A DNA stretch of 64,000 bases, from positions 2,208,001-2,272,000 of the forward strand of contig OZ244937.1 in NCBI GenBank assembly GCA_965222075.1, written 5' to 3'. Shown in pieces: positions 29,205 through 40,967 of the stretch (position 1 is the first letter of the stretch; each line of letters begins with the position of its first letter). The position numbers and the translations under genes were made by a program. The notes below the pieces were generated by a model. The model had not been told where the DNA came from. It did not search any database and was given only the letters and a program-made list of their open reading frames with translations. The DNA comes from Candidatus Latescibacterota bacterium. Lineage in GTDB: Bacteria > Latescibacterota > UBA2968 > GCA-2709665.

Positions 29205-30017
29205 CTACCTCCTCCAGAACGGACTCGCGGCCTCTGAAAACGTCACCCGCCCGAAATCGTTCGGCGAGTGAAACTGGGGCTCCTCCGTCCCGCTTGCAGA
29301 CCACTGGCTGTACTGCGGATTGGTCTTACCGCCGCACCGGTTGAGCCCCAGGCGCCAGACGTCCCCAGGCACCGGGGGCGCGTGTTTGGCCGCCCCGGCA
29401 AAATTTCGAAATGGAATTGCCACCTCCAGGATCCAGTACTCGTCGGTATCGCTGTCGTCGTTCAGCGTTCCCACAATCGACGTGGCAATCCGGATGTCCT
29501 CCCCATTCCACTCTTCCTTCACCGGCACCCCCGGTCCTTCGGGGTGGAACTGATCCAGAAAAATTCCCAGCACATTCATTTCAATATTGAAATACGAACG
29601 GGGTCGATCCGGATCTGGCGCGGTGAACACCTCCACGCAGTCGTCCCGGGATACGGGGTCGTCGCGCTGCGTATACTCCGCCCAGATGTAGGCGTCCTCA
29701 CAGACAAAGGAAACATAAAGATTCTCATCGTCCCACAGCAGCTTGGCCACCGTCTGCTCCTTCTTTCCCTCCGTCCACCAGGGAAAAACAAACGCCCCCA
29801 CATCCGGCGCTGCCGACCAGCAAGGCTCGTCCAGCCGTCCATCGATCGTAATCGGCGTCCCCGCCCGGTAGATCGTATACTCACCTGCAGAAGCAGGAGA
29901 AACCAGCGCACAAACAAAAGCGACTGCAGCAAGACAAAGCATCAAATACGCCATCGCACGTCTCCTCAACTTAAGAAGCTGTCTTAAAACCTCCATCGGA
30001 ACCTGAAACTTTCTCAC
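29205..30017 (-). CDS. Carbohydrate-binding family 9-like secreted protein
   Basis: ITIDGRLDE..W, T.AKLLWD..NLYV.F.CED, DCVEVF, W.LEVAIPF. The start may be at 29954. Confidence 0.85.
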   Translation of the reverse strand: MRKFQVPMEVLRQLLKLRRRAMAYLMLCLAAVAFVCALVSPASAGEYTIYRAGTPITIDGRLDEPCWSAAPDVGAFVFPWWTEGKKEQTVAKLLWDDENLYVSFVCEDAYIWAEYTQRDDPVSRDDCVEVFTAPDPDRPRSYFNIEMNVLGIFLDQFHPEGPGVPVKEEWNGEDIRIATSIVGTLNDDSDTDEYWILEVAIPFRNFAGAAKHAPPVPGDVWRLGLNRCGGKTNPQYSQWSASGTEEPQFHSPNDFGRVTFSEAASPFWRR

Positions 30018-30784
30018 CCTTCACACAAAGACCGCAAAAACTTCGCATCCGCCCTGAGCGCCTCCTCGGGATTCTCCTCCCGGACGAACTCCACCTCTAA
30101 GTACCCGTCAAAACCGGCCTCTTTTAGTTTGGCCACAACGGCGGAATAATCGACAAACCCTTCGGCGATCAGACTGCGCCCGCTGCTGCCCACCTCTGTA
30201 TAATTCTGCGCATGCACCGTCGTCACATGCCCTGCAACCTTCCCCACCTCTTCCAGCACCCGCCCCGGATCGTGGGTGTACATGGGCTGAAAATTGAGCC
30301 GGAAATTGGGCCGGTCCACGCCCTCTAAGAGCCGGAGGCAGCCCTGGGCGGTATCGGAGAGGTAGCCGTTGTGCATTTCCACGGCCAGGGTCGCCCCCTG
30401 CTCACCGGCCCGATCCGAAAACGTCCGAAACCCCGAAATGGCGGTCTCCCATTCGCCCTCACCCGCCTCGGCCGAACCGTTCTGCCCGGCCCAGATGCGG
30501 ATCTTGTCCGTCCCCAGATCCCGGACGATCTTCAGCGCATCCTCCATCTCCTGAGCAAACGCCTCGGAAGTCGGATTGGCATAGGAACCGTACTGAGAGA
30601 CCTCCAGCCCACGTTTCCGGATGGCCGCCGAGGCCCGTCGAGCATAGTCCGCATCGTAGACGGCCGGCATATGGTCGGGCTTCCCCCACGGCTCCACCCC
30701 ATCAAAGCCGGCCTGCACAGCCAGATCCAGGGCGGCCTCGAAAGGGCGGTCTTGAAACGCAATTGTGCAAAGCGCGATTTTCAT
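30014..30784 (-). CDS. Sugar phosphate isomerase/epimerase family protein
   Basis: GFDGVE, IRIWAG, AVEMH, GYLEVEF. Confidence 0.85.
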   Translation of the reverse strand: MKIALCTIAFQDRPFEAALDLAVQAGFDGVEPWGKPDHMPAVYDADYARRASAAIRKRGLEVSQYGSYANPTSEAFAQEMEDALKIVRDLGTDKIRIWAGQNGSAEAGEGEWETAISGFRTFSDRAGEQGATLAVEMHNGYLSDTAQGCLRLLEGVDRPNFRLNFQPMYTHDPGRVLEEVGKVAGHVTTVHAQNYTEVGSSGRSLIAEGFVDYSAVVAKLKEAGFDGYLEVEFVREENPEEALRADAKFLRSLCEG

Positions 30785-30900
30785 GGCAAGCCTCTCTTTC
30801 TTTGAAAACGGCAAACAACAGTTGCTTTTTTCCACATTGCTCACGACCAATAATAGGGCTACGCTTGACAAATGTCAACGACGAACCCGGGAGCCAATCG

Positions 30901-30939
30901 AGTTTGCTTGAAAGTGGGACGGATCTGCGTTATATTCAA
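30901..30939 (+). pseudogene. 13-codon tyrosine recombinase box II remnant
   Basis: Translates to SLLESGTDLRYIQ, matching the H..AT.LLE.G.DLRYIQ.LLGH motif. The flanks do not continue the motif. Confidence 0.5.
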
Positions 30940-31035
30940 AGGAGCTATACAGGTCTGTATAATTCAAGCGGAGGAGAAAATGCGTATGAATCCGTCCGTT
31001 GTGATACTCGGTTTGATTTCACAGGAGAGAAAGCC

Positions 31036-31989
31036 ATGGCGGTGAACAACACGAAAAAGACCCCCGACTGGGTGTGTGTGACCCGCAAGGCGGCGTGGCA
31101 AGCGCGGGATTCACAGGGCGAGTTCGTGTACGACGACCACCTGTGGATCCTGGGCGGGTGGTTCACGCCTCAAACGCCCAATCCACGCGATGTCTGGAAA
31201 TCGCCTGACGGCAAGCGGTGGACGTGCACCGTGGAGGTTGCGCCATGGGAGTACAGCGATCTGCCGGCGACGATGGTGTTCAAGGCCAAGATGTGGATTA
31301 TGGGCGGGCGAAAACTGCCCGGCGCCAAGAACTGCAACGAGGTTTGGTCCTCCACCGATGGGGCCAGGTGGACCCTGGAGACGGACAACGCCGGCTGGTG
31401 CCCGCGGGTATCGCCTTCGTTTGTGGTGTTCAAGGACAGGATGTGGATTATGGGCGGGACCGAAAACTTCTACGATGATAACGACGAGACGCTCAAGAAC
31501 GACGTCTGGTCCTCGGCCGATGGCAAGGCGTGGAAACCGGAGATTCAGAACGCGGGCTGGTCGAAGCGGACGCATGCTCAAGCTGTGGTGTTCGACAACA
31601 AGATCTGGATCATGGGCGGCGGACACTGGCACCCGGAAACCATCCCGGTCAACGATGTGTGGTGCTCCCAAGACGGGGTGAACTGGACACAGGTGACGGA
31701 TGCCGCGCCGTGGAAGCCGCGAATGTGGTTCTCATTGGTCGTCTACCGCGACCGGATGTGGGTCCTGGGTGGGTGGTCAAAGGTGGACGGGAATTTCGGG
31801 GATGTCTGGTATTCGAAGGACGGCGTGAACTGGGCGGAGTTGAAGTCTGACGTGATCTGGACGAAGCGCCACGAGCATTCGGCCTATGTGTTCCAGGACA
31901 AGATCTGGGTGGCCGGCGGTCATGCCGAGCCCCTCAACAGCGAGGTCTGGTCCCTGGAGATTCCGGAGACGTGGTTTGGTGATACGTAA
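31036..31989 (+). CDS. Kelch-like repeat beta-propeller protein
   Basis: Six repeats of W..R....vVF...MWIMGG....NDVW.S.DG..W, and an AGGAG SD before the ATG at 31036. Confidence 0.85.
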   Translation: MAVNNTKKTPDWVCVTRKAAWQARDSQGEFVYDDHLWILGGWFTPQTPNPRDVWKSPDGKRWTCTVEVAPWEYSDLPATMVFKAKMWIMGGRKLPGAKNCNEVWSSTDGARWTLETDNAGWCPRVSPSFVVFKDRMWIMGGTENFYDDNDETLKNDVWSSADGKAWKPEIQNAGWSKRTHAQAVVFDNKIWIMGGGHWHPETIPVNDVWCSQDGVNWTQVTDAAPWKPRMWFSLVVYRDRMWVLGGWSKVDGNFGDVWYSKDGVNWAELKSDVIWTKRHEHSAYVFQDKIWVAGGHAEPLNSEVWSLEIPETWFGDT

Positions 31990-32145
31990 TATTGGCAGGT
32001 TCTCAAGAGGGGCCGTTGCCTCAGATGCGGCGAAGCCTCGTTTTCTCCCCTGCACCCGGGCGTAGACAGGTTCCGGATCGTGGAATCGGGGCACAGGGAG
32101 CATGAATACGACGCCCGGGAATCAGCGCTTTTGCTCACAAATCCC

Positions 32146-32174
32146 TTGACGGCAGTCAGAGCCTTTCGTACTTT
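32146..32174 (+). promoter_or_regulatory. Candidate sigma70 promoter
   Basis: TTGACG-17 bp-TACTTT. Confidence 0.55.
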
Positions 32175-32229
32175 AGCACTCCACTATATTCAGGCGATAT
32201 GAATAACAGAGAGAACGGAAAGGGGAGGA

Positions 32230-33048
32230 ATGGGCCGGTTTAAAATCGGAATACTGGAAAATGTGCTGAACGCCGACTGGGACGACGTCTTTCCACTGGC
32301 AAAGGCGCTTGGATACGATGGAATCGAACTGGGTATTCGGGGGGAGAACTACCGGGACACGGAACTCTGGATGGAAGGTGGGCTGGATGCCCTGGCCCAC
32401 CGATCGGAAGAATCCGGAATCCCGATCTTTTCCATCTGCCTTCACACCTTCTGGACGTATACGTTTGCAGACCCCAATGTGGCCAACCGGTGCACGGCAA
32501 AACAGATCGCCTTCCACGTCATCAACGCCTGCAAAACCCTCGGCGTCCGGACCATTCTGATTCCGGTAACCAATCCTCTTGAACTCTCGTTGGAAGAGGC
32601 CGCCCACCGGTGGACTTACGAAACCCGGGCAATCGCGGCCGACGCGGCAAAACATGAAGTCCACATCGGCCTGGAAAACGTGGGGCGCAGCCACATCGTA
32701 ACCGGGGAGCAGGTCCTGGAAATGATCGAAGCGGTTGACAACCCCTTTGTCGGCGCCTACTTCGACGTTGGAAACGCCAAAATGCTTGGCAGCGATCCGG
32801 TCGCCGATATCCACACCCTCAAAGACCGGATCGTACAGGTCCACATCAAAGACCCCAGGAAAGACCGGACACCTTGCTACCTTGGAGATGGCGACATTGA
32901 TCTGGAGGGATGTCTCAAAGCCCTCACCGAGGTGGGCTACAGGGGTCCCCTCATCTTCGAAACCCCGGCCCTCAACGATCCGACAGCTACCGCGAAGCGC
33001 AACCTGATGGCTTTAAGCGCACTGACCGAGGCAGTCGGCGCAACCTGA
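32230..33048 (+). CDS. Sugar phosphate isomerase/epimerase (UlaE/hexulose-phosphate epimerase-like)
   Basis: GYDGIEL, GLENV, YFDVGN, VHIKD, IFET. Confidence 0.85.
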   Translation: MGRFKIGILENVLNADWDDVFPLAKALGYDGIELGIRGENYRDTELWMEGGLDALAHRSEESGIPIFSICLHTFWTYTFADPNVANRCTAKQIAFHVINACKTLGVRTILIPVTNPLELSLEEAAHRWTYETRAIAADAAKHEVHIGLENVGRSHIVTGEQVLEMIEAVDNPFVGAYFDVGNAKMLGSDPVADIHTLKDRIVQVHIKDPRKDRTPCYLGDGDIDLEGCLKALTEVGYRGPLIFETPALNDPTATAKRNLMALSALTEAVGAT

Positions 33049-33155
33049 GGAGGAATGCATGGTGCTCGGCATGGTCACGCAACCTTATGTTTGCGACCAT
33101 CCTTGACCCGTCCTGTTTATCCACAGCGTTCCGAAGCATCTCGAACATTTTCTTA

Positions 33156-33923
33156 TCAGCCGCTATGCCGCCGGCAGGTCGAAGCCAGTCCGCGCAAAAT
33201 CAGGTCGGGCTCAACACGGTGAGCCGTATGGAGGTAAGGCGAGAGAAACGGCGCATCCCCGCCGGTGAGGAGGACCTGAGGATCGCCCTCAACGATTTCG
33301 GACAACTCTGCGATCACCCGGTCTACGCCCCCCGCAGTGCCGTAGGCCACCCCCGCCCGGATGCACGCGGGCGTCTCCCGTCCCAGCACCGATTCAGGAG
33401 CGGCAAGATCGACCTGCGGCAGAAGGCTCGTCCTGGCATACAGGGCCCACAGAGCCGTCCGGAGCCCGGCAGAGATGGTCCCTCCCACAAAACGCCCATC
33501 GCCTGAGACCAGATCGATCGAAACGGCCGTACCCAGGCCCACAAGGATAACCGGCCCACCGCAAAGGCGGTAGGCCTCCCCTGAGGCCAAAAGTCTGTCG
33601 ATGCCGACCGTCTCGGGCCTGGGCACGGCCGCCTCGATCCCCAGATCCATCGAAACGCTCGCCTCAATCAAAGATATTTCCCACATCTCATGCAACGCCT
33701 TCCCCAGCGTCGCCGCCATTCCGCGAACCACCGAAGCGGCAATTGCGGCCTCCAGACCATCGGCGGAAATACCGGTATCGGCAAACGCCCGCTTCAGATC
33801 CTCTGCATAAGCCTGCCACGGCCGCTGCGGATCGGTATCGAACCGCCAGCGGGCAACAATCCCGCTCCCGTCAAACAGGCCGCAATCAACGCTGGTATTT
33901 CCGATATCAAATGTGAGAAGCAT
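33156..33923 (-). CDS. coaX: Type III pantothenate kinase
   Basis: DIGNT, ASVV, VGIDR, LGTA, GG.I..G, LTGGDA. Confidence 0.93.
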   Translation of the reverse strand: MLLTFDIGNTSVDCGLFDGSGIVARWRFDTDPQRPWQAYAEDLKRAFADTGISADGLEAAIAASVVRGMAATLGKALHEMWEISLIEASVSMDLGIEAAVPRPETVGIDRLLASGEAYRLCGGPVILVGLGTAVSIDLVSGDGRFVGGTISAGLRTALWALYARTSLLPQVDLAAPESVLGRETPACIRAGVAYGTAGGVDRVIAELSEIVEGDPQVLLTGGDAPFLSPYLHTAHRVEPDLILRGLASTCRRHSG

Positions 33924-33959
33924 CGATGTCCTGGCCCCCCCACCCATTGGGTATTAATC

Positions 33960-34035
33960 GATTTTGGAATGCGGATTGCGGAACAAGAGGGTTTAAATCC
34001 GCATTCCACTTTCCGGAATTCGAAATTCGAAATCG
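33960..34035. repeat. Period-7 inverted repeat cluster (ATTGCGG/ATTCGAA type) overlapping the birA 3' end
   Basis: GGAATGCGGATTGCGGAA ... ATCCGCATTCC..AATTCGAAATTCGAAATC. Confidence 0.7.
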
Positions 34036-34985
34036 CCCGCCTGAACGGCCACCCGAACGCCTCCTGAAGTACGCACACAAAGCGCACCGTCTGGCGCAAG
34101 GTCTTCTGCAACGCCCTCAATCACACGCCCATCGCCTGCCACATGCACCGGTTGGCCCCACATCGTACTGCGCGCCTTCCAGAGTTTGCAGATACGATCG
34201 GGATCCAGATCGGCATACACAGATTCCAGGGCATACAGGAGGGCCCTCAAAAGGGCCGACCGTTCTTGAGACCGGCCGCTCTCTATCCTCAGCGATGTCG
34301 CCGTTTCCCGCAGGCCGTCCGGAAACGCTCGGACCTCCTGATTGACATTGATCCCGATCCCCAGCACCGCAAATCCCGGCCGGGTCTCTGTCAGAATCCC
34401 GGCAAGCTTGCGTCCGTCAATCCGGACGTCGTTGGGCCACTTGAGGTCCGCCGCAAGCCCGGTCGCCTCCTGCACCGCATCCACCACGGCCACCCCGGCT
34501 CCCAGCGTCAGCATCCACATCTCACGGAGCGCCAGGTTGAACCGAACAACAGAGGAAAACCAGAGACCCGCCCCCGGAGGAGAAAACCAGACCCGCCCCC
34601 GGCGTCCCCGGCCCGCCGTCTGGTGCTCCGCTGTAATCACCGCCCCGTGGGGCGCCCCCTCCAGCGCCGCCTGAACGGCCAGGTCGTTGGTCGATCCCAC
34701 CTCTAAGTAACACGCTAAGATGCGCCCCAACGCCTCCGTCTCCAGCCCCTCCTGAACCGCCTCTCTCCGAATCACCTCTACCTCTGTGCGAAGGCAAATT
34801 CCTGCAACGGGATGCTCCTCGACGCGGTACCCTACCCGCTTCAACGCCGCCAGGGCCTGCTGCAGGTCATCCGAATGCCCTCCCAGACGCTGGAGGAGAT
34901 CGGCCACCGGTAAAAAACGCCCGGGGACGCTGCCCAGGGTCTCCAGAGTCCGGTAGGCGAAGGGCGTATCAAGCAGAGAACTCAT
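33993..34985 (-). CDS. birA: Biotin-[acetyl-CoA carboxylase] ligase with a degenerate N-terminal HTH
   Basis: STND, QTAGRGRRGR.W.SP, KWPND....RKLAGIL.E, GIGINVN. Confidence 0.95.
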   Translation of the reverse strand: MSSLLDTPFAYRTLETLGSVPGRFLPVADLLQRLGGHSDDLQQALAALKRVGYRVEEHPVAGICLRTEVEVIRREAVQEGLETEALGRILACYLEVGSTNDLAVQAALEGAPHGAVITAEHQTAGRGRRGRVWFSPPGAGLWFSSVVRFNLALREMWMLTLGAGVAVVDAVQEATGLAADLKWPNDVRIDGRKLAGILTETRPGFAVLGIGINVNQEVRAFPDGLRETATSLRIESGRSQERSALLRALLYALESVYADLDPDRICKLWKARSTMWGQPVHVAGDGRVIEGVAEDLAPDGALCVRTSGGVRVAVQAGDFEFRIPESGMRI

Positions 34986-35006
34986 GGCGCAGTAGACAGG
35001 GACATA

Positions 35007-35882
35007 TCACGACCGCCGAAACAGCAGGCTCAGATCCAGCGCCGTTACCGAATGCGTCAGCGACCCGACCGAAATCAGGTCCACCCCCGTCTCGGCCACG
35101 GCGCGCACCGTCTCAAGCGTCACATTCCCGGAGACCTCCAGCCTGGGTCTGCCCGCACCGAGTTTTTGAACACGTCTGACCGCCTGGCGCGTCGTTTCCA
35201 AATCCATATTGTCCAGCAGAATCCAGTCCGCGCGTACGGCGATTGCGTCCTCCAGTTCGTCCAGAGCCTCCACCTCCACCTCCACCTTTACCGGCCGGCC
35301 CTCCCGCGCCATGGCCGCCTTGACCGCGAACACCGCCGGCCCGATCCCGTTGGCGGCCTCGATGTGGTTCTCCTTGATCAGCACCATATCGTAAAGCCCC
35401 ATCCGGTGGTTTTGCCCACCGCCCACAGCCACCGCGTACTTATCCAGCATCCGCAGCCCCGGAGCCGTCTTTCGGGTATCTAAAATCCGTGCCCCCGTAC
35501 CTTCCACCGCCTCCACATAGCGGGCCGTCATCGTGGCGATGGCCGACATCCGCTGTAAAAAATTCAGCGCCGTCCGCTCCCCCGTCAGAATTCCCCGGGC
35601 CGGACCGGAAATCTCGGCCAGCACATCCTGGGGGGCCACACAGGCGCCGTCTTTAACCGTCGCTTCAAAAGAAATCTTCGGCTCAACCACCTCAAATACA
35701 GCCCCGGCCACCTCCAGCCCGGCGGCCACACCGGGTGTTTTGGCAATCAAATCCGCCCGGACCGTGGTGTTCTCCCGAACCGCCCAGAGCGTTGTGACGT
35801 CCCCATCCCCCACATCCTCTTCAAGCGCCCTGGCAATCACCTCCCGGACCGCCTTCCAGTCCAGTGTAGGAACATCACCCAT
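35007..35882 (-). CDS. nadC: Nicotinate-nucleotide diphosphorylase (carboxylating)
   Basis: ERTALNFLQRMS, DTRKT.PG.R, NHR.GLYD, IKENH, LLDNM, G.LTHS. Confidence 0.97.
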   Translation of the reverse strand: MGDVPTLDWKAVREVIARALEEDVGDGDVTTLWAVRENTTVRADLIAKTPGVAAGLEVAGAVFEVVEPKISFEATVKDGACVAPQDVLAEISGPARGILTGERTALNFLQRMSAIATMTARYVEAVEGTGARILDTRKTAPGLRMLDKYAVAVGGGQNHRMGLYDMVLIKENHIEAANGIGPAVFAVKAAMAREGRPVKVEVEVEALDELEDAIAVRADWILLDNMDLETTRQAVRRVQKLGAGRPRLEVSGNVTLETVRAVAETGVDLISVGSLTHSVTALDLSLLFRRS

Positions 35883-35897
35883 CGTTCACCCCACATA

Positions 35898-35948
35898 TCA
35901 ATTGCGAATTGCAAATTTAGACCCTTTCAGTCCACAATCCGCAATCGC
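35898..35948. repeat. Period-7 repeat cluster between uvrB and nadC
   Basis: CAATTGCGAATTGCAAATT ... TCCACAATCCGCAATC. Confidence 0.6.
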
Positions 35949-35949
35949 C

Positions 35950-37965
<2,016 letters not shown>

Positions 37966-38327
37966 AGCGCACCCCTTTCGGTGACCAAATGTGTAGATTG
38001 CCCAACAATGTAGACAGAAAACGCCTCAAAAGCAAGCGATAAGCATTCCGGACCAAAATTAAAACACACCCTCATGTTTTCAATAGACCCTCTCTCGCCT
38101 GCGATCCTCTACCGGGAGGGAAGGCCCGATTGAATTTTGGTCGCGCATTTTCTCGGGAAATCATATATATTTCCATATTAACAAGTCGTTACTCCACTTT
38201 TGCAGTGGCTGAGAGACGAGAGAAAGAGGGGTTTTACTCAGGGGAGTGGATAGACCCCACCCCTGCATTTGGCCTGAACATCCAAGCCAAGTTGGTCCTC
38301 AACTTTGGGAAAGCACTGCGTTTTTCG

Positions 38328-39728
38328 TTAATAGGAGACCGTAGCGAGTAAGGGTTGCATCACCTCGTCAAGGGTCTGTCCCTGAAAGAGCGCAGCTTGG
38401 ATGAAGGTCGCCAAAGCCCAGAGTGCTTGCGCTTGTGTGTTTCTCCGACAAGAGCCTGCTGAATGGCCCAAGTTTTTTTGGACGTTCTGGTGAAGTTTTC
38501 GAATCAGGGACTTGTCGTGTTGGGCTGCTCTCAGTAGCGAGTAGGTGACGGCGACAAGGGGATGTGTTTACCGATCGCCTCAAAGTCCCGTACCTGATAC
38601 TGATCGAGTCCATCAGCTTTGCCCTCTTCGTGGTAAACTTCCACCGGCCAGCGGTGTCGTCGGATGCGCGTGATGTTAGTGGCTTGCCACTTGAGCCTGT
38701 TGGATAGGAAGTAGCAGGGGGAGTCTGACAAGTCGGGCTCTTGGTGGTTGATGACTAATCGATGCTTCCCAAAGTTCTGGATGCGATGCGTATTGCAGTA
38801 GCTGTAATAGGTCTCTTTTTCGCCTTTGTAGGAAATGGTGATTTTATGAAAAACAGGCTTTTCTCCGTCGCTTAGGGCTTGATGATGCTCCTCTTGAAGA
38901 TGGGCATCAAAGTCCGTTAAGCGTTGATCTCCTGGCCAGATTGACCTGGTCCTCTCCGGTGAGCCCACGTAGGAGAGCTTGAGTTCTTCGCAGAAACTTG
39001 CAGAAGGAAGGTTGGGTATACCAGTTGTCAAAGGTGACCGGCAACCTGCTATGGGGATGATTCGAAAAGAAGTGGCGCAAAAGCGTTTGGCCGATAATCA
39101 GCTTACTTTGATAAATCTGTTGCACTTCCTCCTTTTTCTGATGCCGTTGCCAGACCCCCATCAAATATGTACGCCACTTTCGAGGATCGCGCTTCTTAAG
39201 CACATATTTGCCTTCTCGAACCGAATGCCGGCTGCTTTCAACCCCCTCTCCAATGTATCTGCCTCAGCCGGCTCCCATAGCCTGAAGGCAATCGGATAAT
39301 CGGTCACATCATCACTGTAATGCAGGTTGACCAGATTGTGTGCCCACACATAGGACCGACTCACTGGATCAAAAAGCTTGGCGATCTTCTCAAAGTGGTG
39401 GCCATAATGGGACAGACGTATCGTCTAAACTTAGCACCCCCTTCCGTTTGAACGCTGTACCAGGAAGACTGAAAAGCATATCCAAACGGGCACGATTTAA
39501 GGCGGACACGGAAAACGGACTCTCTGTCAATAGACGGTTCAGACTGCTCGGTTGCGCACATCCACCACAAAAATCCGGTTGATCCCTTCTACCGTCTTGT
39601 TCTGTGACATGATTAACCCGCTGACGTAACGCTGGAACCTGGAAGGCTTCTTGGGAAAATACCGACTCAAAATGTGGAGCAAAGTGCCGCACGATCTCGG
39701 GGATCTCGACTAACGGGATCATCGTCAT
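38328..39728 (-). mobile_element. IS701-family-like DDE transposase pseudogene (multiple frameshifts)
   Basis: Colinear fragments in shifting frames (SSLNRLL, LSLDDT, DYPIAFRLW, VTFDNWY, RW.VE.YHEEGK..GLDQYQVR) with lower GC. The element probably spans ~38298-39800; its ends are not firmly defined. Confidence 0.8.
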
Positions 39729-39946
39729 TCCCTCCAGATGAAATGGAAAAACGAAGGCTGCCTGGAGGAATTTTATGATATCCGTCAGTTCTTGGCAATC
39801 ACTACTTGGATCAGTTTATGACCGCTTATGCGCTGCAAAACCGGACTATTCGCTCCTGCATCATCGGCACGGACCTTGCAAGGTTCCTCAAACCAAAGGG
39901 AGTCCAGCGTCCGGTCCGGAATATCTCCCCACGCCTGGAGATAGAA

Positions 39947-40864
39947 ATGAAACCCATCGCGCTCCTGTTGCTCTTCAGCGTTCCCTGCCTGATCCCTCAG
40001 GACCTGAGCGCAGGCGCCTGGACCCTGCCCCGGGGGCACATCTGGAGCAAGATCACCTTTCTGAACCAGTCAACCGATGAAGAGTACGTCAGCGTGGGCG
40101 GCCAGGGCCGTCCCCCCAACACGGCCGTCAAATATGAGCCGGGCGACCGGGCGCGCTACCGATTCAACGGCAAATACAGCTCCCGGGCGCTCTTTTTTGA
40201 CCTCTTCTACGGCGCCACGGACCGCTTTGACCTGGGCCTGCAAATCCCCTTTTTCCGGCAGCAATTTCAGGACGATGCCCTCCTGACCGGCTTTGGAGAA
40301 CCCCGCACCGCAACCGGTTTCAGCGACATCCGGGCCTTCCTGAAATTCCGCCTCTTTCAGCAGCCCGCCATTGGCACCCTCAAGGTCGGCTTCAAGGTCC
40401 CCACCGGGAAATTCGTGAACGAAGACGGAATGATCCCCGTGGGCGAGGGGCAGTGGGACTTCGACTTCATCTTCCAGACCGGGCGCTCCTTCTGGCCCCT
40501 GCCGGCCTACGCCAACCTCGACCTGGGCTACCGGCTCCGCCTCAAGAACGACGAGATCGCCCGCGACCCCGGGGATGAATTCTTCTTCTCCGGCGAGGTC
40601 GGCTACAGCCCCAGGCCAAAGCTCCTGGTCGTCCTGAAGCTGGAAGGCATCCGGAGCAAGTCCGCCACGGTCCTGGGGATCAGAAGCGCATCCACCGTCA
40701 AACGCATCACCTACTTTGTGCCCACCCTCAGCCTGGGGCCTTTCAACAACCTCAGCATAGAGGCCGCCCTGCGTGCCTCCCTCAACGGGCGGAGCTTCCC
40801 CGCCGGGCAGATGCTGGCCGTGGGCCTCTCCTACTCCGGCAGCCCCTTCCAGCGGCAGAAATAA
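39947..40864 (+). CDS. Exported putative outer-membrane beta-barrel (transporter-like)
   Basis: Signal peptide ending AGAW, GFSDI, K.PTG...PVGEGQWD, amphipathic strands. Confidence 0.7.
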   Translation: MKPIALLLLFSVPCLIPQDLSAGAWTLPRGHIWSKITFLNQSTDEEYVSVGGQGRPPNTAVKYEPGDRARYRFNGKYSSRALFFDLFYGATDRFDLGLQIPFFRQQFQDDALLTGFGEPRTATGFSDIRAFLKFRLFQQPAIGTLKVGFKVPTGKFVNEDGMIPVGEGQWDFDFIFQTGRSFWPLPAYANLDLGYRLRLKNDEIARDPGDEFFFSGEVGYSPRPKLLVVLKLEGIRSKSATVLGIRSASTVKRITYFVPTLSLGPFNNLSIEAALRASLNGRSFPAGQMLAVGLSYSGSPFQRQK

Positions 40865-40906
40865 CGATATTAATCCATATTGAACAAATCTTATAAACTT
40901 GAACAC

Positions 40907-40941
40907 AAAAGGCCCCGGAGGATCTTTCTCCGGGGCCTTTT
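40907..40941. terminator. Bidirectional intrinsic terminator
   Basis: AAAA-GGCCCCGGAG-loop-CTCCGGGGCC-TTTT between convergent genes. Confidence 0.88.
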
Positions 40942-40967
40942 GGCCTTCCAATCGGGGGTATCCGCCC

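Noticed and set aside
30763-31035. N-terminal extension of the Kelch ORF
   Set aside because: It overlaps the divergent gene start and intergenic DNA. The SD supports the ATG at 31036.
31990-32140. attC site after the Kelch gene
   Set aside because: No RYYYAAC...GTTRRRY core pair with a convincing stem was found.
37966-38200. LexA/SOS box upstream of uvrB
   Set aside because: No recognisable known LexA palindrome, and the lineage-specific motif is unknown to me.
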